Positions 1 to 9,530 of a stretch of DNA of 64,000 nucleotides are shown here, piece after piece. The notes beneath the pieces are model-generated. The model saw only the letters and a program-made list of their open reading frames with translations, searched no databases and was not told where the DNA came from. The position numbers and the translations under genes are program-made. Positions within the stretch are counted from its first letter, which is position 1. Every line of letters starts with the position of its first letter. The DNA is taken from IMG/VR virus record IMGVR_UViG_3300042010_000106, positions 1-64,000 of that record. One strand, 5' to 3'.

Positions 1-1
1 A

Positions 2-241
2 AAACAGGAAGTGGTCAGCTCCGCAATGGAAGGACAACGTTTCCTGTTCACGTCAATTCGTGACGCTGAAGTACAAGCGTGGATTATTGCAAATGGTGGC
101 AAGATCGCAACGACAGTCAACCAAGCAACAACGTTGATTGTGAAAGACGAAAGCGCGAGTAACGATAAGACGAAAGCTGCTGTTAGCAAAGGGATTCCTA
201 TTGTACCAATAGCCCAATTCCGAAAGACTAACAGGATTTAA
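2..241 (+). CDS. BRCT domain, C-terminal part of a gene truncated by the window edge (probably NAD-dependent DNA ligase)
   Basis: GQRFLFTS..GGKIATTV..TTLIVKD..K.K.A...GIPIV is a ligase-type BRCT pattern; frame is open to base 2. Confidence 0.7.
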   Translation, partial: KQEVVSSAMEGQRFLFTSIRDAEVQAWIIANGGKIATTVNQATTLIVKDESASNDKTKAAVSKGIPIVPIAQFRKTNRI

Positions 242-244
242 CCA

Positions 245-553
245 ATGAACATTACCGCCCGAGTTCATGAGTTGCGCAACAGCCGTAAATTTCCGAAGGA
301 TGTTTTGGTTGTTGAACACCACGAAAAAGAAGGGATTCCCGCTCGCATTAGCGTGATGCTTTACGGTGCTGGTTTAGCCGTGGCAACATTGGAGCGTGAT
401 GACCTGTGGCGTATTGCACACATTTCGAAAGACAACCACTATCGCACAGCAAAGTGGCCGGAAACGGTTACTGCTGCGCCCAACGTTGACGGCGCTCTCC
501 ATCTGATAGAGGGATTGATTGAGTGCGTCGTACAACACGACGGAGTTGCATAA
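245..553 (+). CDS. hypothetical protein
   Basis: ORF with AGGA SD, tiles between neighbours. Confidence 0.7.
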   Translation: MNITARVHELRNSRKFPKDVLVVEHHEKEGIPARISVMLYGAGLAVATLERDDLWRIAHISKDNHYRTAKWPETVTAAPNVDGALHLIEGLIECVVQHDGVA

Positions 554-556
554 AAG

Positions 557-1645
557 ATGAAAATTGCCGTGTACGCAATTGCGAAAAACGAAAGCCATAA
601 CGTGGTTCGTTGGCTGGAAAATATCAAGGATGCAGATGGGATCTTTGTACTGGATACAGGCAGTACAGACGGCACAGTTTCTTTGCTGGAACAGGGCGGT
701 GCAACGGTCAGTAAAATGTCCGCACACAAACCGTTCCGATTCGATCACGCACGTAACGAGGCGATGAACCTTGTACCTGAAGAATTCGACGTGCTTGTCA
801 TGTTGGATTTTGATGAAATGTTGATGAATGGCTGGCGCCAAATCATCGAAGAACAATTCACGTGTGATGCTGCAAACTACACGCTGATTTACGATCATGA
901 CGAACAAGGAAACGTAACAATTTCCTATCCGCGCATGGCAATTACTCGGCGTGGTATTGGTACATGGCAATATCCAGTGCACGAAGTTTTAACCGTGCCT
1001 GAAGGAACCGCAACGCAAGATATCACGCTGGCCTGCGTTCACTACGGCGAACCAAAAGCACCGGGTCACTATTTCGACCTGCTGAAAATGGCGCACGAAG
1101 ACGATCCAACCTGTGCACGTTCCGCGTCGTATTTGGCGCGTGAATATTACGGGATGCAGAACTGGCAAATGGCCGATGCGTTGTACCGGAAATATTTGGA
1201 GCTTGAAACATATGCCCCATTCAAATCCGATGCAGCACGCAAAATTGGCAGCATGTGTACGGATTACTACAATGCCGAATGGTGGTACAAACAGGCAGTG
1301 CAATACTGTTCTGACATTCGCGAATCGCATTGCGATCTTGCATCGTTTTATTTCAAACACAAACAATACGAACATGCCATCGCAAGTTTGCGTACGGCGC
1401 TCACCATCGAACGTCCCAATTATCGAATGATTTATTCGGATGTTTATTACGGCCCGATCTGGTGCCGTCACATGCTGCTGGCGAGTTACCAGCAAGCAGG
1501 GAATCTTCGTGAAGCGATCAAAATCATGCGTGAATTTCAGCAACCTGATTCGCCTATGACGGATGCACTTCGCGCTGACATTCTACTGCTTCAGCAAAAA
1601 GTACAGGATGCCTTCCATGTTTATAGCACTTGCTTGGGCGTTTAA
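557..1645 (+). CDS. glycosyltransferase family 2 with C-terminal TPR-like repeats
   Basis: IAKNE, VLDTGSTDGT, FDHARNEA, LDFDE (DxD), PVHE motifs; helical TPR-like C-half. Confidence 0.9.
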   Translation: MKIAVYAIAKNESHNVVRWLENIKDADGIFVLDTGSTDGTVSLLEQGGATVSKMSAHKPFRFDHARNEAMNLVPEEFDVLVMLDFDEMLMNGWRQIIEEQFTCDAANYTLIYDHDEQGNVTISYPRMAITRRGIGTWQYPVHEVLTVPEGTATQDITLACVHYGEPKAPGHYFDLLKMAHEDDPTCARSASYLAREYYGMQNWQMADALYRKYLELETYAPFKSDAARKIGSMCTDYYNAEWWYKQAVQYCSDIRESHCDLASFYFKHKQYEHAIASLRTALTIERPNYRMIYSDVYYGPIWCRHMLLASYQQAGNLREAIKIMREFQQPDSPMTDALRADILLLQQKVQDAFHVYSTCLGV

Positions 1646-3044
1646 AGACGACGAAGGCCACAAGGATCAATCCACGTGGCGTAAACGTTTGTCGAAGGCA
1701 GAGTTTTTGAAGCTGCCTAACGCCACGCGTAAACGTTATATCGAGCTGTACCCGCATTCCAGTCACCGCTTTTTGATGGCTGGCAAAGGGAAAGACGGTG
1801 AAGAAAATGCCGATGATTTCAGCGGACATTTGAAGAACATCGTTAACAGCAAAAAGACAGTCGTTCAGAAAGTGGAATCGGGTCGCACCAAACCCACTGA
1901 AGAATACATGCAGAAAAAGGCTGAAGAACGTCGCCGAATTGCCAAGGATATTTCCGACCATAACAAGTCGAATGCTTTGGTGATTAACAAAGCGAGTTTG
2001 GACGCCGTAGATCAAATCAAAGATGACGACCTGAAGAAAAGCAGCGTAGCAATTCGGCAGAATCAGCCTGTAATTGTTGATGCTGTTAAAAAGCAGGCAG
2101 AAAAACAACCGCATATGTATAAACGCGGTTTGGGCGTCATTAAAGATTTGTTGTCTGGTCAACGCGAACCAGAAGATCACAGCATTACAGAACGCCACGC
2201 AGCCGAACGCGTTATAACCGGTATTGCAACCATGGCAATCATGGGCGCTGGTGTTCTGGCGATGGGTGTAGCAGCGGCGCCTCTAGGCGTTCTGGCTGGT
2301 CGCCTGTTGTTCGATATGTGGTCGAAAGGTAGCGGCGGCAAACAATTGCGTGAAGACTTGCAAACGCTTGAACGCGCACGTGAGAAGAAACGCAAAGAAC
2401 GTTTGAAAATTGCCGACGAATACAACGACGATCAGGAAGAAGGGAAACCAAGTCAACCAAACGTTAAGCAGCCTGTATCCGATGCTGAGCGTAAACGTCA
2501 TGAAAAGATTCTGGCACGCAAGAAAGAAGGTAAATCGTTGTCTGATGCGGATAAAGAATTCGCAAAACAAATCAGTCTGCGCGATGCCCACCAAAAGCGT
2601 TCCAAATCGAAGTCGAAAGAATTGGCAGTTGCAGGCAACAATTTGCAGCCTCAAGGTTCGGAATTTGAAGAGCATGACGATACTATTAATTTAATCGTAG
2701 AGCAGGTTGCAGATATCATGCAATTCCACACTGCCCGCGATTTTAAAGATAGTCGCGACCATATGTTCTCCACCGCATCCGCATCCGATAGCACGCACCA
2801 CCAAATGGAATACCTGTTAACACTTGCACATTGCTACGGTTTCAAACCGAGCGGCGACGGCATGTATTTTCAGGGTATTGGCATGAAACACGTGAAAGAC
2901 ATTTTCCAAGGTTTGGGTTATTCGTACCAAGCTGAAGCGGACGGTGAAAAACACGTGCATACATTCAAAAAGGATGATGCTTTTGTTTCCATTGGTTCGT
3001 GTGACGGGCGCTATTACGTTCGCTATGATGGCGAATTGAGGTAA
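1617..3044 (+). CDS. putative virion (inner head) protein
   Basis: AGGA 8 nt before ATG 1617; begins MFIALA like ORF 4730; charged coiled-coil; lies in head cluster. Confidence 0.55.
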   Translation: MFIALAWAFKDDEGHKDQSTWRKRLSKAEFLKLPNATRKRYIELYPHSSHRFLMAGKGKDGEENADDFSGHLKNIVNSKKTVVQKVESGRTKPTEEYMQKKAEERRRIAKDISDHNKSNALVINKASLDAVDQIKDDDLKKSSVAIRQNQPVIVDAVKKQAEKQPHMYKRGLGVIKDLLSGQREPEDHSITERHAAERVITGIATMAIMGAGVLAMGVAAAPLGVLAGRLLFDMWSKGSGGKQLREDLQTLERAREKKRKERLKIADEYNDDQEEGKPSQPNVKQPVSDAERKRHEKILARKKEGKSLSDADKEFAKQISLRDAHQKRSKSKSKELAVAGNNLQPQGSEFEEHDDTINLIVEQVADIMQFHTARDFKDSRDHMFSTASASDSTHHQMEYLLTLAHCYGFKPSGDGMYFQGIGMKHVKDIFQGLGYSYQAEADGEKHVHTFKKDDAFVSIGSCDGRYYVRYDGELR

Positions 3045-3046
3045 AA

Positions 3047-3382
3047 ATGCTCTCATTTCTTTGCGATCCAACTGAGCGCCATTTGCCAATGCACCAACGC
3101 ACGGTAGTACACGTGTGTGACGGTGCTAAACGAATTGCGACACTCAGTGCAACCGACGATGAATCAGAAGATCGCAGCGAGTCAACCGCAATGTGGACGG
3201 CTCGCGTGCACCACAAACAATTCGATCCTTTCATGCACGATCATGAACCAAATGAAGAAGAAAACAACGTTCACGTTGCAGCTTCTGAAGAAGGTTTGGT
3301 ATCGCTGCACAACCCAACAAAAATGGACATTTCTTCTGCGCGCCAGTGGGTACGCGACGTATACACGGGAGCAAAAGATTAA
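3047..3382 (+). CDS. hypothetical protein (head cluster)
   Basis: GAGG SD; stop overlaps next start. Confidence 0.7.
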   Translation: MLSFLCDPTERHLPMHQRTVVHVCDGAKRIATLSATDDESEDRSESTAMWTARVHHKQFDPFMHDHEPNEEENNVHVAASEEGLVSLHNPTKMDISSARQWVRDVYTGAKD

Positions 3383-4191
3383 TGGAAAATCAATTCGAAG
3401 CAATGGCCTTTTCGTTGGGTGAGCCGCCTAGCGCACCGACTGAATTGCACGGCATTACAAAGAATGGTGATGGTTCCATTACCGTTAGTGGTGGCGTTGC
3501 AGGCGATCCGGGTGGTGCAAGTCATACGCTGGAAGCAAACATTTGGTTGCCGAAAGCTGCTGAATATCACGGGCTTTCAAAGGACATTAACGATTACATT
3601 CTCGTTCCTGTTCCTGCAATGATTACCGATCTTCCTAACACGAATGGTGACTCTGTTTCGCTTAAAGAATTCCTCGCATGGAACTCTGATTGCGGTCGCC
3701 AAGCGTACAAGACTTGGGAAGGTCGGCCAATGTACATTGAACACCAGCATTCGCCTGAATGGGTACGGGGTTTGATTCTCGGTTCCTATATGCGCCCAAC
3801 GCGCTTTAAAAACGTTCAGAAAATGGTGTTGCTTGCTGCATTGGATCGTACCCGCGACCCACAACGTGTTGCCCGTGTATTGTCACGTGAATTGAATACG
3901 TATTCCATGGGCATGTTTTATAGTGCTTATACGTGTTCCATTTGCAGTGCCCGTGCCGGTAAAGGTATTGGTTCGCCATGCCTGCATACACGCCCGCGCA
4001 AACCAACGTATCGTCAAATGGATGGACGTTTGGCTTATCGTCGTTGCGAAAACATTACTGGTTTTGAGCTTTCATTGCTTGAAAACTTAGGTGGTCGTAG
4101 CGGCGTTGATGGCTACCGTTCTGGTTTCGGCGATCCTTCTTACGTGTCTGCAATTGGTGACACAATTCTCGACCCTCGGAGTATGCGTTAA
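3382..4191 (+). CDS. putative prohead protease with Zn-ribbon insert
   Basis: PNTNGD, EHQH, YSMG, CSIC..CLH..C, GFELSLL motifs; upstream of scaffold and capsid; start set by TAATG overlap. Confidence 0.65.
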   Translation: MENQFEAMAFSLGEPPSAPTELHGITKNGDGSITVSGGVAGDPGGASHTLEANIWLPKAAEYHGLSKDINDYILVPVPAMITDLPNTNGDSVSLKEFLAWNSDCGRQAYKTWEGRPMYIEHQHSPEWVRGLILGSYMRPTRFKNVQKMVLLAALDRTRDPQRVARVLSRELNTYSMGMFYSAYTCSICSARAGKGIGSPCLHTRPRKPTYRQMDGRLAYRRCENITGFELSLLENLGGRSGVDGYRSGFGDPSYVSAIGDTILDPRSMR

Positions 4192-4301
4192 TGAAAGAAA
4201 TGAATAGTGGTTTCGGCGATAGCATCGGTTGTGACGAAATTGGTTGCGATGAAATCAGCGGTGTAGGCGAAGGCTGCACTAACGAAGAAGAATGGGTTTA
4301 A
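4191..4301 (+). CDS. 36-aa acidic micro-protein (MKEMNSGFGDSIGCDEIGCDEISG...)
   Basis: TAATG-coupled to protease gene, GGAG SD, fills the gap; below ORF-track cutoff. Confidence 0.45.
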   Translation: MKEMNSGFGDSIGCDEIGCDEISGVGEGCTNEEEWV

Positions 4302-4310
4302 GGAAATAGC

Positions 4311-4589
4311 ATGGAAACGCGGCGTTTTAAAGTAACTGCGTCAGTCAAAGGAATGACCGCTGACTGGCACAGACAAATAACGATGTCTAACCCACGCGAA
4401 AAGCTACGTATGACAATTGAAGCGTCTAAACGTTTCAGTAAAAGCGTTAAGGTCAGCATTGGTGATGGTTCAAAGGAAGATATTGAAACGTTTAATCGTT
4501 TAATGGAATCCAGCGTACCATTGAGCTATTACACAACGCCGCGTTTCGGCTTTAAACTCGCTACATTTGAATTCATTCTGCAACCGTAA
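4311..4589 (+). CDS. hypothetical protein
   Basis: AAGGA SD. Confidence 0.7.
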   Translation: METRRFKVTASVKGMTADWHRQITMSNPREKLRMTIEASKRFSKSVKVSIGDGSKEDIETFNRLMESSVPLSYYTTPRFGFKLATFEFILQP

Positions 4590-4638
4590 TTTATTGGTAA
4601 GTAGTGAATAACTGCTTAACCTCTGTGTGTTTACCTTT

Positions 4639-4677
4639 AGCCCACTCGGTGCCCCCGCCCGCGTGGGCTTTTTTTTT
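4639..4677 (+). terminator. intrinsic terminator
   Basis: AGCCCAC...GTGGGCT stem followed by long T run. Confidence 0.8.
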
Positions 4678-4729
4678 GTCCAAAATTCTGTTTGGACTAA
4701 TTTATACCTATAGCGTTAAGGAGTTTGCT

Positions 4730-5092
4730 ATGAAAGTGTTCATCGCTTTAGCAGCATCACCATTAACGGAATTGCATTTGCCGCAAACATTCGATTTGAA
4801 GAGTTTGCGACACCATTTGGTAGACATTCCTGAGTTTCGACAAGGGAAAATCAAATGGGAAGTTCATTATGATTCCGTAGGCAATTCAAAGCCGCACCAT
4901 AGTGCACGTGTACAGTTAACCGGCGACATGGGAACGGGGTGGTTAGAACTCGTTTTAGGTGAACGCGCATGGCATTACACCGGCGAAACCGTCATTAATG
5001 GTGAAACGACAGATTACGAAGGCGATACCGCGCATTCATCCATTCAATCAGCGTGCCGAAAGGTTCGTGGAATGGCTCAAATGTTGTTGTAA
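4730..5092 (+). CDS. putative head protein (MKVFIALAAS...)
   Basis: AAGGAG SD; track start 4604 runs through a terminator, so start moved to 4730. Confidence 0.65.
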   Translation: MKVFIALAASPLTELHLPQTFDLKSLRHHLVDIPEFRQGKIKWEVHYDSVGNSKPHHSARVQLTGDMGTGWLELVLGERAWHYTGETVINGETTDYEGDTAHSSIQSACRKVRGMAQMLL

Positions 5093-5157
5093 TGTTTTTG
5101 TTCTTTGTAATTTTTTAATGTGAGAGACAATCTCATACCTTTAATGGGAGCTTAACC

Positions 5158-7044
5158 ATGTCGAAACGAAACTCGCAGTTGCGCGGAATCGTCGTGGCAG
5201 CCGACACCCAAGAACAGGCTTTGGATCATTTCCGTGCCGTTGCATCTGGTAACTACCAAACGCTCGAAAGTAAAGACGGTCAATACGCCTTTGCGACTTC
5301 GGACACGGTAGGCATTCAAATCATGAATCCGCTGAACGGCGAAGAAATGGTTGTTGTACCAGAAGACGAAAAACACGATATGGTCGCAACCGCATCCGCT
5401 GGTTCGGATATGGATGTTTTCTACAAAGTTTGTGCAAGTGGTTGCGGTTCTCACGTCATTGCCGATCAAGAAGAAATTCTGATGCAATGCCCGTCCTGCG
5501 CTTCCGCACTACCCCCAATGGAAGACGCTGAATTGAAAAACACACCTGCACAACCAGTCAAAGAAATTCTGCTTGCCGTTGCAAGTTCGCGCAAAGAAGC
5601 CGCCGTGGCTTACAAAGCGCTCGCTTCTGGTGATTGCGAAACTTTCACCGCTGAATGCGACGGCGTAAAGGTTATTTCTAACCAGCCGCTGACCTACGAC
5701 ATTTACAAAGGCACTCCTGCCGTTGCTGTCGATGGTTACGTACCGCAATTGGCCGTAGCTGCAAATGCTGAAGGCAAAATTCAGGCTCATTACCTGACCA
5801 CCGCTGCCACCGAAGGCACCGATGAACAATTGCACCTGATTTGCTCTGACGAATCGCCAATTTTCTGCCCTGCTACTTCGTCCGGTTTGGTCGATCCAAT
5901 CGAAGCAATGACCGAACAAGAACGTGCTGTTGCTGCCTCTGATTTCGAAGACGAAGAAGAGGAAGAAGAGGACGACGAAGAAGAATCCGAAGACGACGAA
6001 GAAGACGACGAGGAAGAGGAAGAAGACGACGAGGATGAAGACGAGGACGACGAAGACGAAGAAGAAGAGGAAGAAGACGACGAAGATTTGTCGTTGAGCC
6101 TCGCGTCTGAAAAGCCCGCGAAATCCAAAACCAAAAAAGGCGGCGTCCGTCGCAAATCCAAGGAGAAAAAAGAAGTGGCTACCGCATCTTCTACTCCAGC
6201 AGCGCCAGCCGTAGCACCAGTGGTTGAACCAACCGTTCAAACTCCTGCTGAAACTGTTCCGCTGACTGCATCGCTCGTTGCAATTGCATCCGCTGCAAAC
6301 GCAATGACTGACACCAGCGTTGAAGTTGCTTACGTTGGTTCCGTTCAAGGCGACAGCACTTGGTTGGCTTTCCACGACGGCGTGCCGTTTGCAAAAGCTA
6401 CTGCATCGAATGCAGAAAACCCAACGCAATTTGCTGATGCTTCTTTTGGTCGCGCTTTCAAAGCACTCGCATCTGAACAAGGTGTGCAGGCTGCAATGGA
6501 ACAGATGAAGTTCGAAGAAATTCGTCCAGTCGTCAACGTTGATCAATTGGTTGCTGCACAAATCGAAACCCGCGTTCAAGAAGCTACCGCCGAAATTGCA
6601 CAAGCTGCAACTCGCGATACCGAAGAACTCGCACAACGTTTCGAAGCTGCAATCGCAACCGCCGCACAGGGCATCAATCGTGGTTTCTTCCCTGATCTGA
6701 AAAACCCTGTTCGTTTGGCTCTCGCTTCTACCCTCGAATCCCTCGGTTTTGAAGGTGGCGACGAACTGCTGCAACGTGCGTTCGCTGATCACGCCGACGA
6801 TCACCACAAGCAAATCCTCGCGAAAGCTTGTGAAATCATGAAGTTTGATCTGACCGTGCAAAATCAATTGGCAACAGCCATCAACGACGTACAAGAAGTG
6901 AGCGTAGCAACTGCTGCGTCCATGAGCATTGGCCGTCCGGTTAGCCAGCCAGTTAAACCACACGTAAAACCGGAACAGGAAATTGCTACCGCAGCTTCTG
7001 TCCCTACTGACTTTGCCGCCAAACTGGCGACCCTGCGTTTCTAA
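5158..7044 (+). CDS. putative prohead core/scaffolding protein
   Basis: between protease and capsid genes; Cys-containing N-terminal repeats, long acidic tract, Ala-rich coiled-coil C-terminus; strongly biased codons. Confidence 0.65.
   Translation: MSKRNSQLRGIVVAADTQEQALDHFRAVASGNYQTLESKDGQYAFATSDTVGIQIMNPLNGEEMVVVPEDEKHDMVATASAGSDMDVFYKVCASGCGSHVIADQEEILMQCPSCASALPPMEDAELKNTPAQPVKEILLAVASSRKEAAVAYKALASGDCETFTAECDGVKVISNQPLTYDIYKGTPAVAVDGYVPQLAVAANAEGKIQAHYLTTAATEGTDEQLHLICSDESPIFCPATSSGLVDPIEAMTEQERAVAASDFEDEEEEEEDDEEESEDDEEDDEEEEEDDEDEDEDDEDEEEEEEDDEDLSLSLASEKPAKSKTKKGGVRRKSKEKKEVATASSTPAAPAVAPVVEPTVQTPAETVPLTASLVAIASAANAMTDTSVEVAYVGSVQGDSTWLAFHDGVPFAKATASNAENPTQFADASFGRAFKALASEQGVQAAMEQMKFEEIRPVVNVDQLVAAQIETRVQEATAEIAQAATRDTEELAQRFEAAIATAAQGINRGFFPDLKNPVRLALASTLESLGFEGGDELLQRAFADHADDHHKQILAKACEIMKFDLTVQNQLATAINDVQEVSVATAASMSIGRPVSQPVKPHVKPEQEIATAASVPTDFAAKLATLRF
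5941..6087 (+). repeat. GAA/GAC/GAG low-complexity tract encoding ~49 almost purely Asp/Glu residues
   Basis: directly visible. Confidence 0.95.
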
Positions 7045-7057
7045 TCGGAGAAATACC

Positions 7058-7795
7058 ATGCTCGTACAAAAATACACTCGTTTTCACAACACCGAACACC
7101 GCGACGTTGAGCCGGGCGTTATCATCGAAGAAGAAGGTATCGCACTGGTTTACTCGCACGTCGGCAACAAAACCTACGTAAAACCTTCGACTGGCGCAGC
7201 CGGTGAAGTGTTCGCAGGTTTCTCCCTGTCGCGTAACAGCCCACCACGTTATCTGCCACGCGTTATCACTGACGTTGTTGTTCCAGAAAGCGGCGTTGTT
7301 GATCTGGCCCGTGTTCCACTGAATGGTCAAATCCTCGTGAAAATCGCGGGCGATGTACAAACCATTTCCGCCAACGCTCCGGCTGCTGGTTCGGTTCAAC
7401 TGGTTGGTCAAAAACTGTTTTTCTTCACCGGCACCCCAGCCGATGGCGCTACCCCGGCAGTACCGGGCGATCAAGGTCACGAACTTTACGTTCAATTCGT
7501 TTACGAACCAAGCGTAATGGAAGCTCGCACCATTATCGGTGATGCTCCAATCGGCGGCCTGCCTTCGACCTATCAGGAACGCATCGGCGTTACTGCTCGC
7601 ACCGAACAAGTAGGTACTACCTACTACGACGCTTCGAAAGATTGGTCTGGTGTTACTCACCCTCGTTTGGGCGTTGACGGCAAACTGACCACCGATGGCA
7701 GCGGCACCCTGCTTACACAGTGCATCGTAATGGGTGGCCCTGTGGGTGACGCAGCTTCCTACGGCGCTCTGCCAGTCAAAGTAATCGCGGCTTAA
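7058..7795 (+). CDS. virion structural protein (head decoration-like)
   Basis: GGAG SD; immediately upstream of MCP; beta-rich. Confidence 0.6.
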   Translation: MLVQKYTRFHNTEHRDVEPGVIIEEEGIALVYSHVGNKTYVKPSTGAAGEVFAGFSLSRNSPPRYLPRVITDVVVPESGVVDLARVPLNGQILVKIAGDVQTISANAPAAGSVQLVGQKLFFFTGTPADGATPAVPGDQGHELYVQFVYEPSVMEARTIIGDAPIGGLPSTYQERIGVTARTEQVGTTYYDASKDWSGVTHPRLGVDGKLTTDGSGTLLTQCIVMGGPVGDAASYGALPVKVIAA

Positions 7796-7838
7796 TTCGC
7801 GATACAAAAAATTCTTTTCTTTTTGGAGTAACACCAGC

Positions 7839-8921
7839 ATGACTACTGCATTCAAAAGCGCTCGTATGGTACTGAAGAACGGCGCCCCACTCGAAGACCT
7901 GCGCTTCGGTAAGGGCCGCGAAATGGCTCTGTCGGCTTCGACCGGCGAGTTCAACGCCAGCGACAAGAAAGACCTTGCCCGCCAAATCGGCAACCTGATG
8001 GCCGCTTTCGCTTCCGGCGAAATCGTTCAACAAAAAGACGAAATCGCTGTTGCGAACCATCGCGAAATTCTCGCTGACGCACTGGCTTCCGAAGCAAACT
8101 GGAAAGCGTTGGGCGCGAACATCGCTCAACAAATTTACGAACAAGCAGACCGCGACGGTTTCCTGCGTAAAATTTCCGTAGGTAACACTCTGCGTCAAGG
8201 TGAAGTGCAGCGCGTTCCAATGCCTCCGCACGATACCTTCGCTGTAATCGCCACCGCTAACGCTGGTGTTGGTTATCAGCACATTCGCCAGAAAGTTTTC
8301 CAGCCTGAAGAATTCGAAATCATCGCCAACGTGCGCGTTTCGCAACTCGACATGCAACAAGTGAACGGCGATCTGCTGGAACACGCTTACAACGATGGTC
8401 TGCAAAGCATCATGGTTGCCGAAGACAAACTGTGGAAAAAAGCTGCCGATATGACCGTGGGTGTTGTTAACCCACTGGAATACATCGCCGGTGAACTGAC
8501 CACCAAAAACCTCGGCAAACTGCGTCAAGCCGTAGCCCAATGGAACCTGCCAGCTTCGACCGCGATTATCGCGAACGATTACTGGTCGGACATCATCGGT
8601 TCGAACGATTTCGCAACCTTCCTCGATCCAATCACCAAATACGATCTGGCCCTGAACGGCCAACTCGGTACGCTGGTTGGTCTGAACCTGATCACTGACG
8701 CATTCCGTCAGCCGAATCAGAAGGTTCTGAACAAAGGCGAAATCTACGTTGTTTCCGACGCACAAAACCACGCTGCATATTCGACCCGTGGCGGCATCAC
8801 CTCCACTCCAGTAGACGGCGCCTTCGAAGGCACCACTTCGAAAGGTTGGTTGCTGAGCGAAATGTTCTCGTTCATCCTGACCAACAACCGTTCGGTTGCT
8901 AAAGGTCAGCGTCTGATCTAA
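7839..8921 (+). CDS. major capsid protein (HK97-like fold)
   Basis: 360 aa; 'GQLGTLVGLNLITD' P-domain-like motif; position after scaffold; very strong codon bias. Confidence 0.8.
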   Translation: MTTAFKSARMVLKNGAPLEDLRFGKGREMALSASTGEFNASDKKDLARQIGNLMAAFASGEIVQQKDEIAVANHREILADALASEANWKALGANIAQQIYEQADRDGFLRKISVGNTLRQGEVQRVPMPPHDTFAVIATANAGVGYQHIRQKVFQPEEFEIIANVRVSQLDMQQVNGDLLEHAYNDGLQSIMVAEDKLWKKAADMTVGVVNPLEYIAGELTTKNLGKLRQAVAQWNLPASTAIIANDYWSDIIGSNDFATFLDPITKYDLALNGQLGTLVGLNLITDAFRQPNQKVLNKGEIYVVSDAQNHAAYSTRGGITSTPVDGAFEGTTSKGWLLSEMFSFILTNNRSVAKGQRLI

Positions 8922-8990
8922 CTTTACTCTCCGGCGTGGTAATTAGGAGCGCCCCTGATTACCACGTTAGAAACACTTTGGAGAATAAAG

Positions 8991-9527
8991 ATGGATATTC
9001 AGGCTCTGCTTTACATGGCAGCGATGTGTTGCAAAAACGGTCGTAAAGATTTGGCATGTAGCATTCTTGAACAAGCGTGCGAAGATGCAAGTTTTAACGA
9101 CGGTTTTAATCGAAGTGTGCAGCCTGTGTTTCCAGCTTCGCCGATCCTCACAGCACCCGCGTGTAATGAAGCAACGGGCAATGAAGGTGGCTTAGATGGT
9201 TTGGATAGTTTCGTTGCTGATAAAGGCGAAATAATGCCAACCCCTCAAGGCGACATGCCCGCAAGTGAAAATACGTGGAACCCATCGCTTCACGGTGATG
9301 ACGCTGTTGCACTTGGACAAGTAATTGCCGTCGCTTCTGCCGTTTACGCGCAGTCGAAATATTTGTACGACGGTGAAGACATTATCGTTGACCCGCAGTA
9401 CGCTGCAACTGCTTCTGATGTTTTGGAGCTTTACGACGATCATGCGCTTGTGCCTACGCTGGCAACCGCAAGTGCAAACGAGAAACCCGCAACGCTGAAA
9501 CCGGGCCGACTCACGATCAAGATTTAA
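8991..9527 (+). CDS. hypothetical acidic head-associated protein
   Basis: GGAG SD; carries A-x-A-S motifs shared with scaffold. Confidence 0.65.
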   Translation: MDIQALLYMAAMCCKNGRKDLACSILEQACEDASFNDGFNRSVQPVFPASPILTAPACNEATGNEGGLDGLDSFVADKGEIMPTPQGDMPASENTWNPSLHGDDAVALGQVIAVASAVYAQSKYLYDGEDIIVDPQYAATASDVLELYDDHALVPTLATASANEKPATLKPGRLTIKI

Positions 9528-9530
9528 ACC

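Noticed and set aside
5790-6161. Minus-strand poly-Ser ORF
   Set aside because: Reverse complement of the Asp/Glu tract
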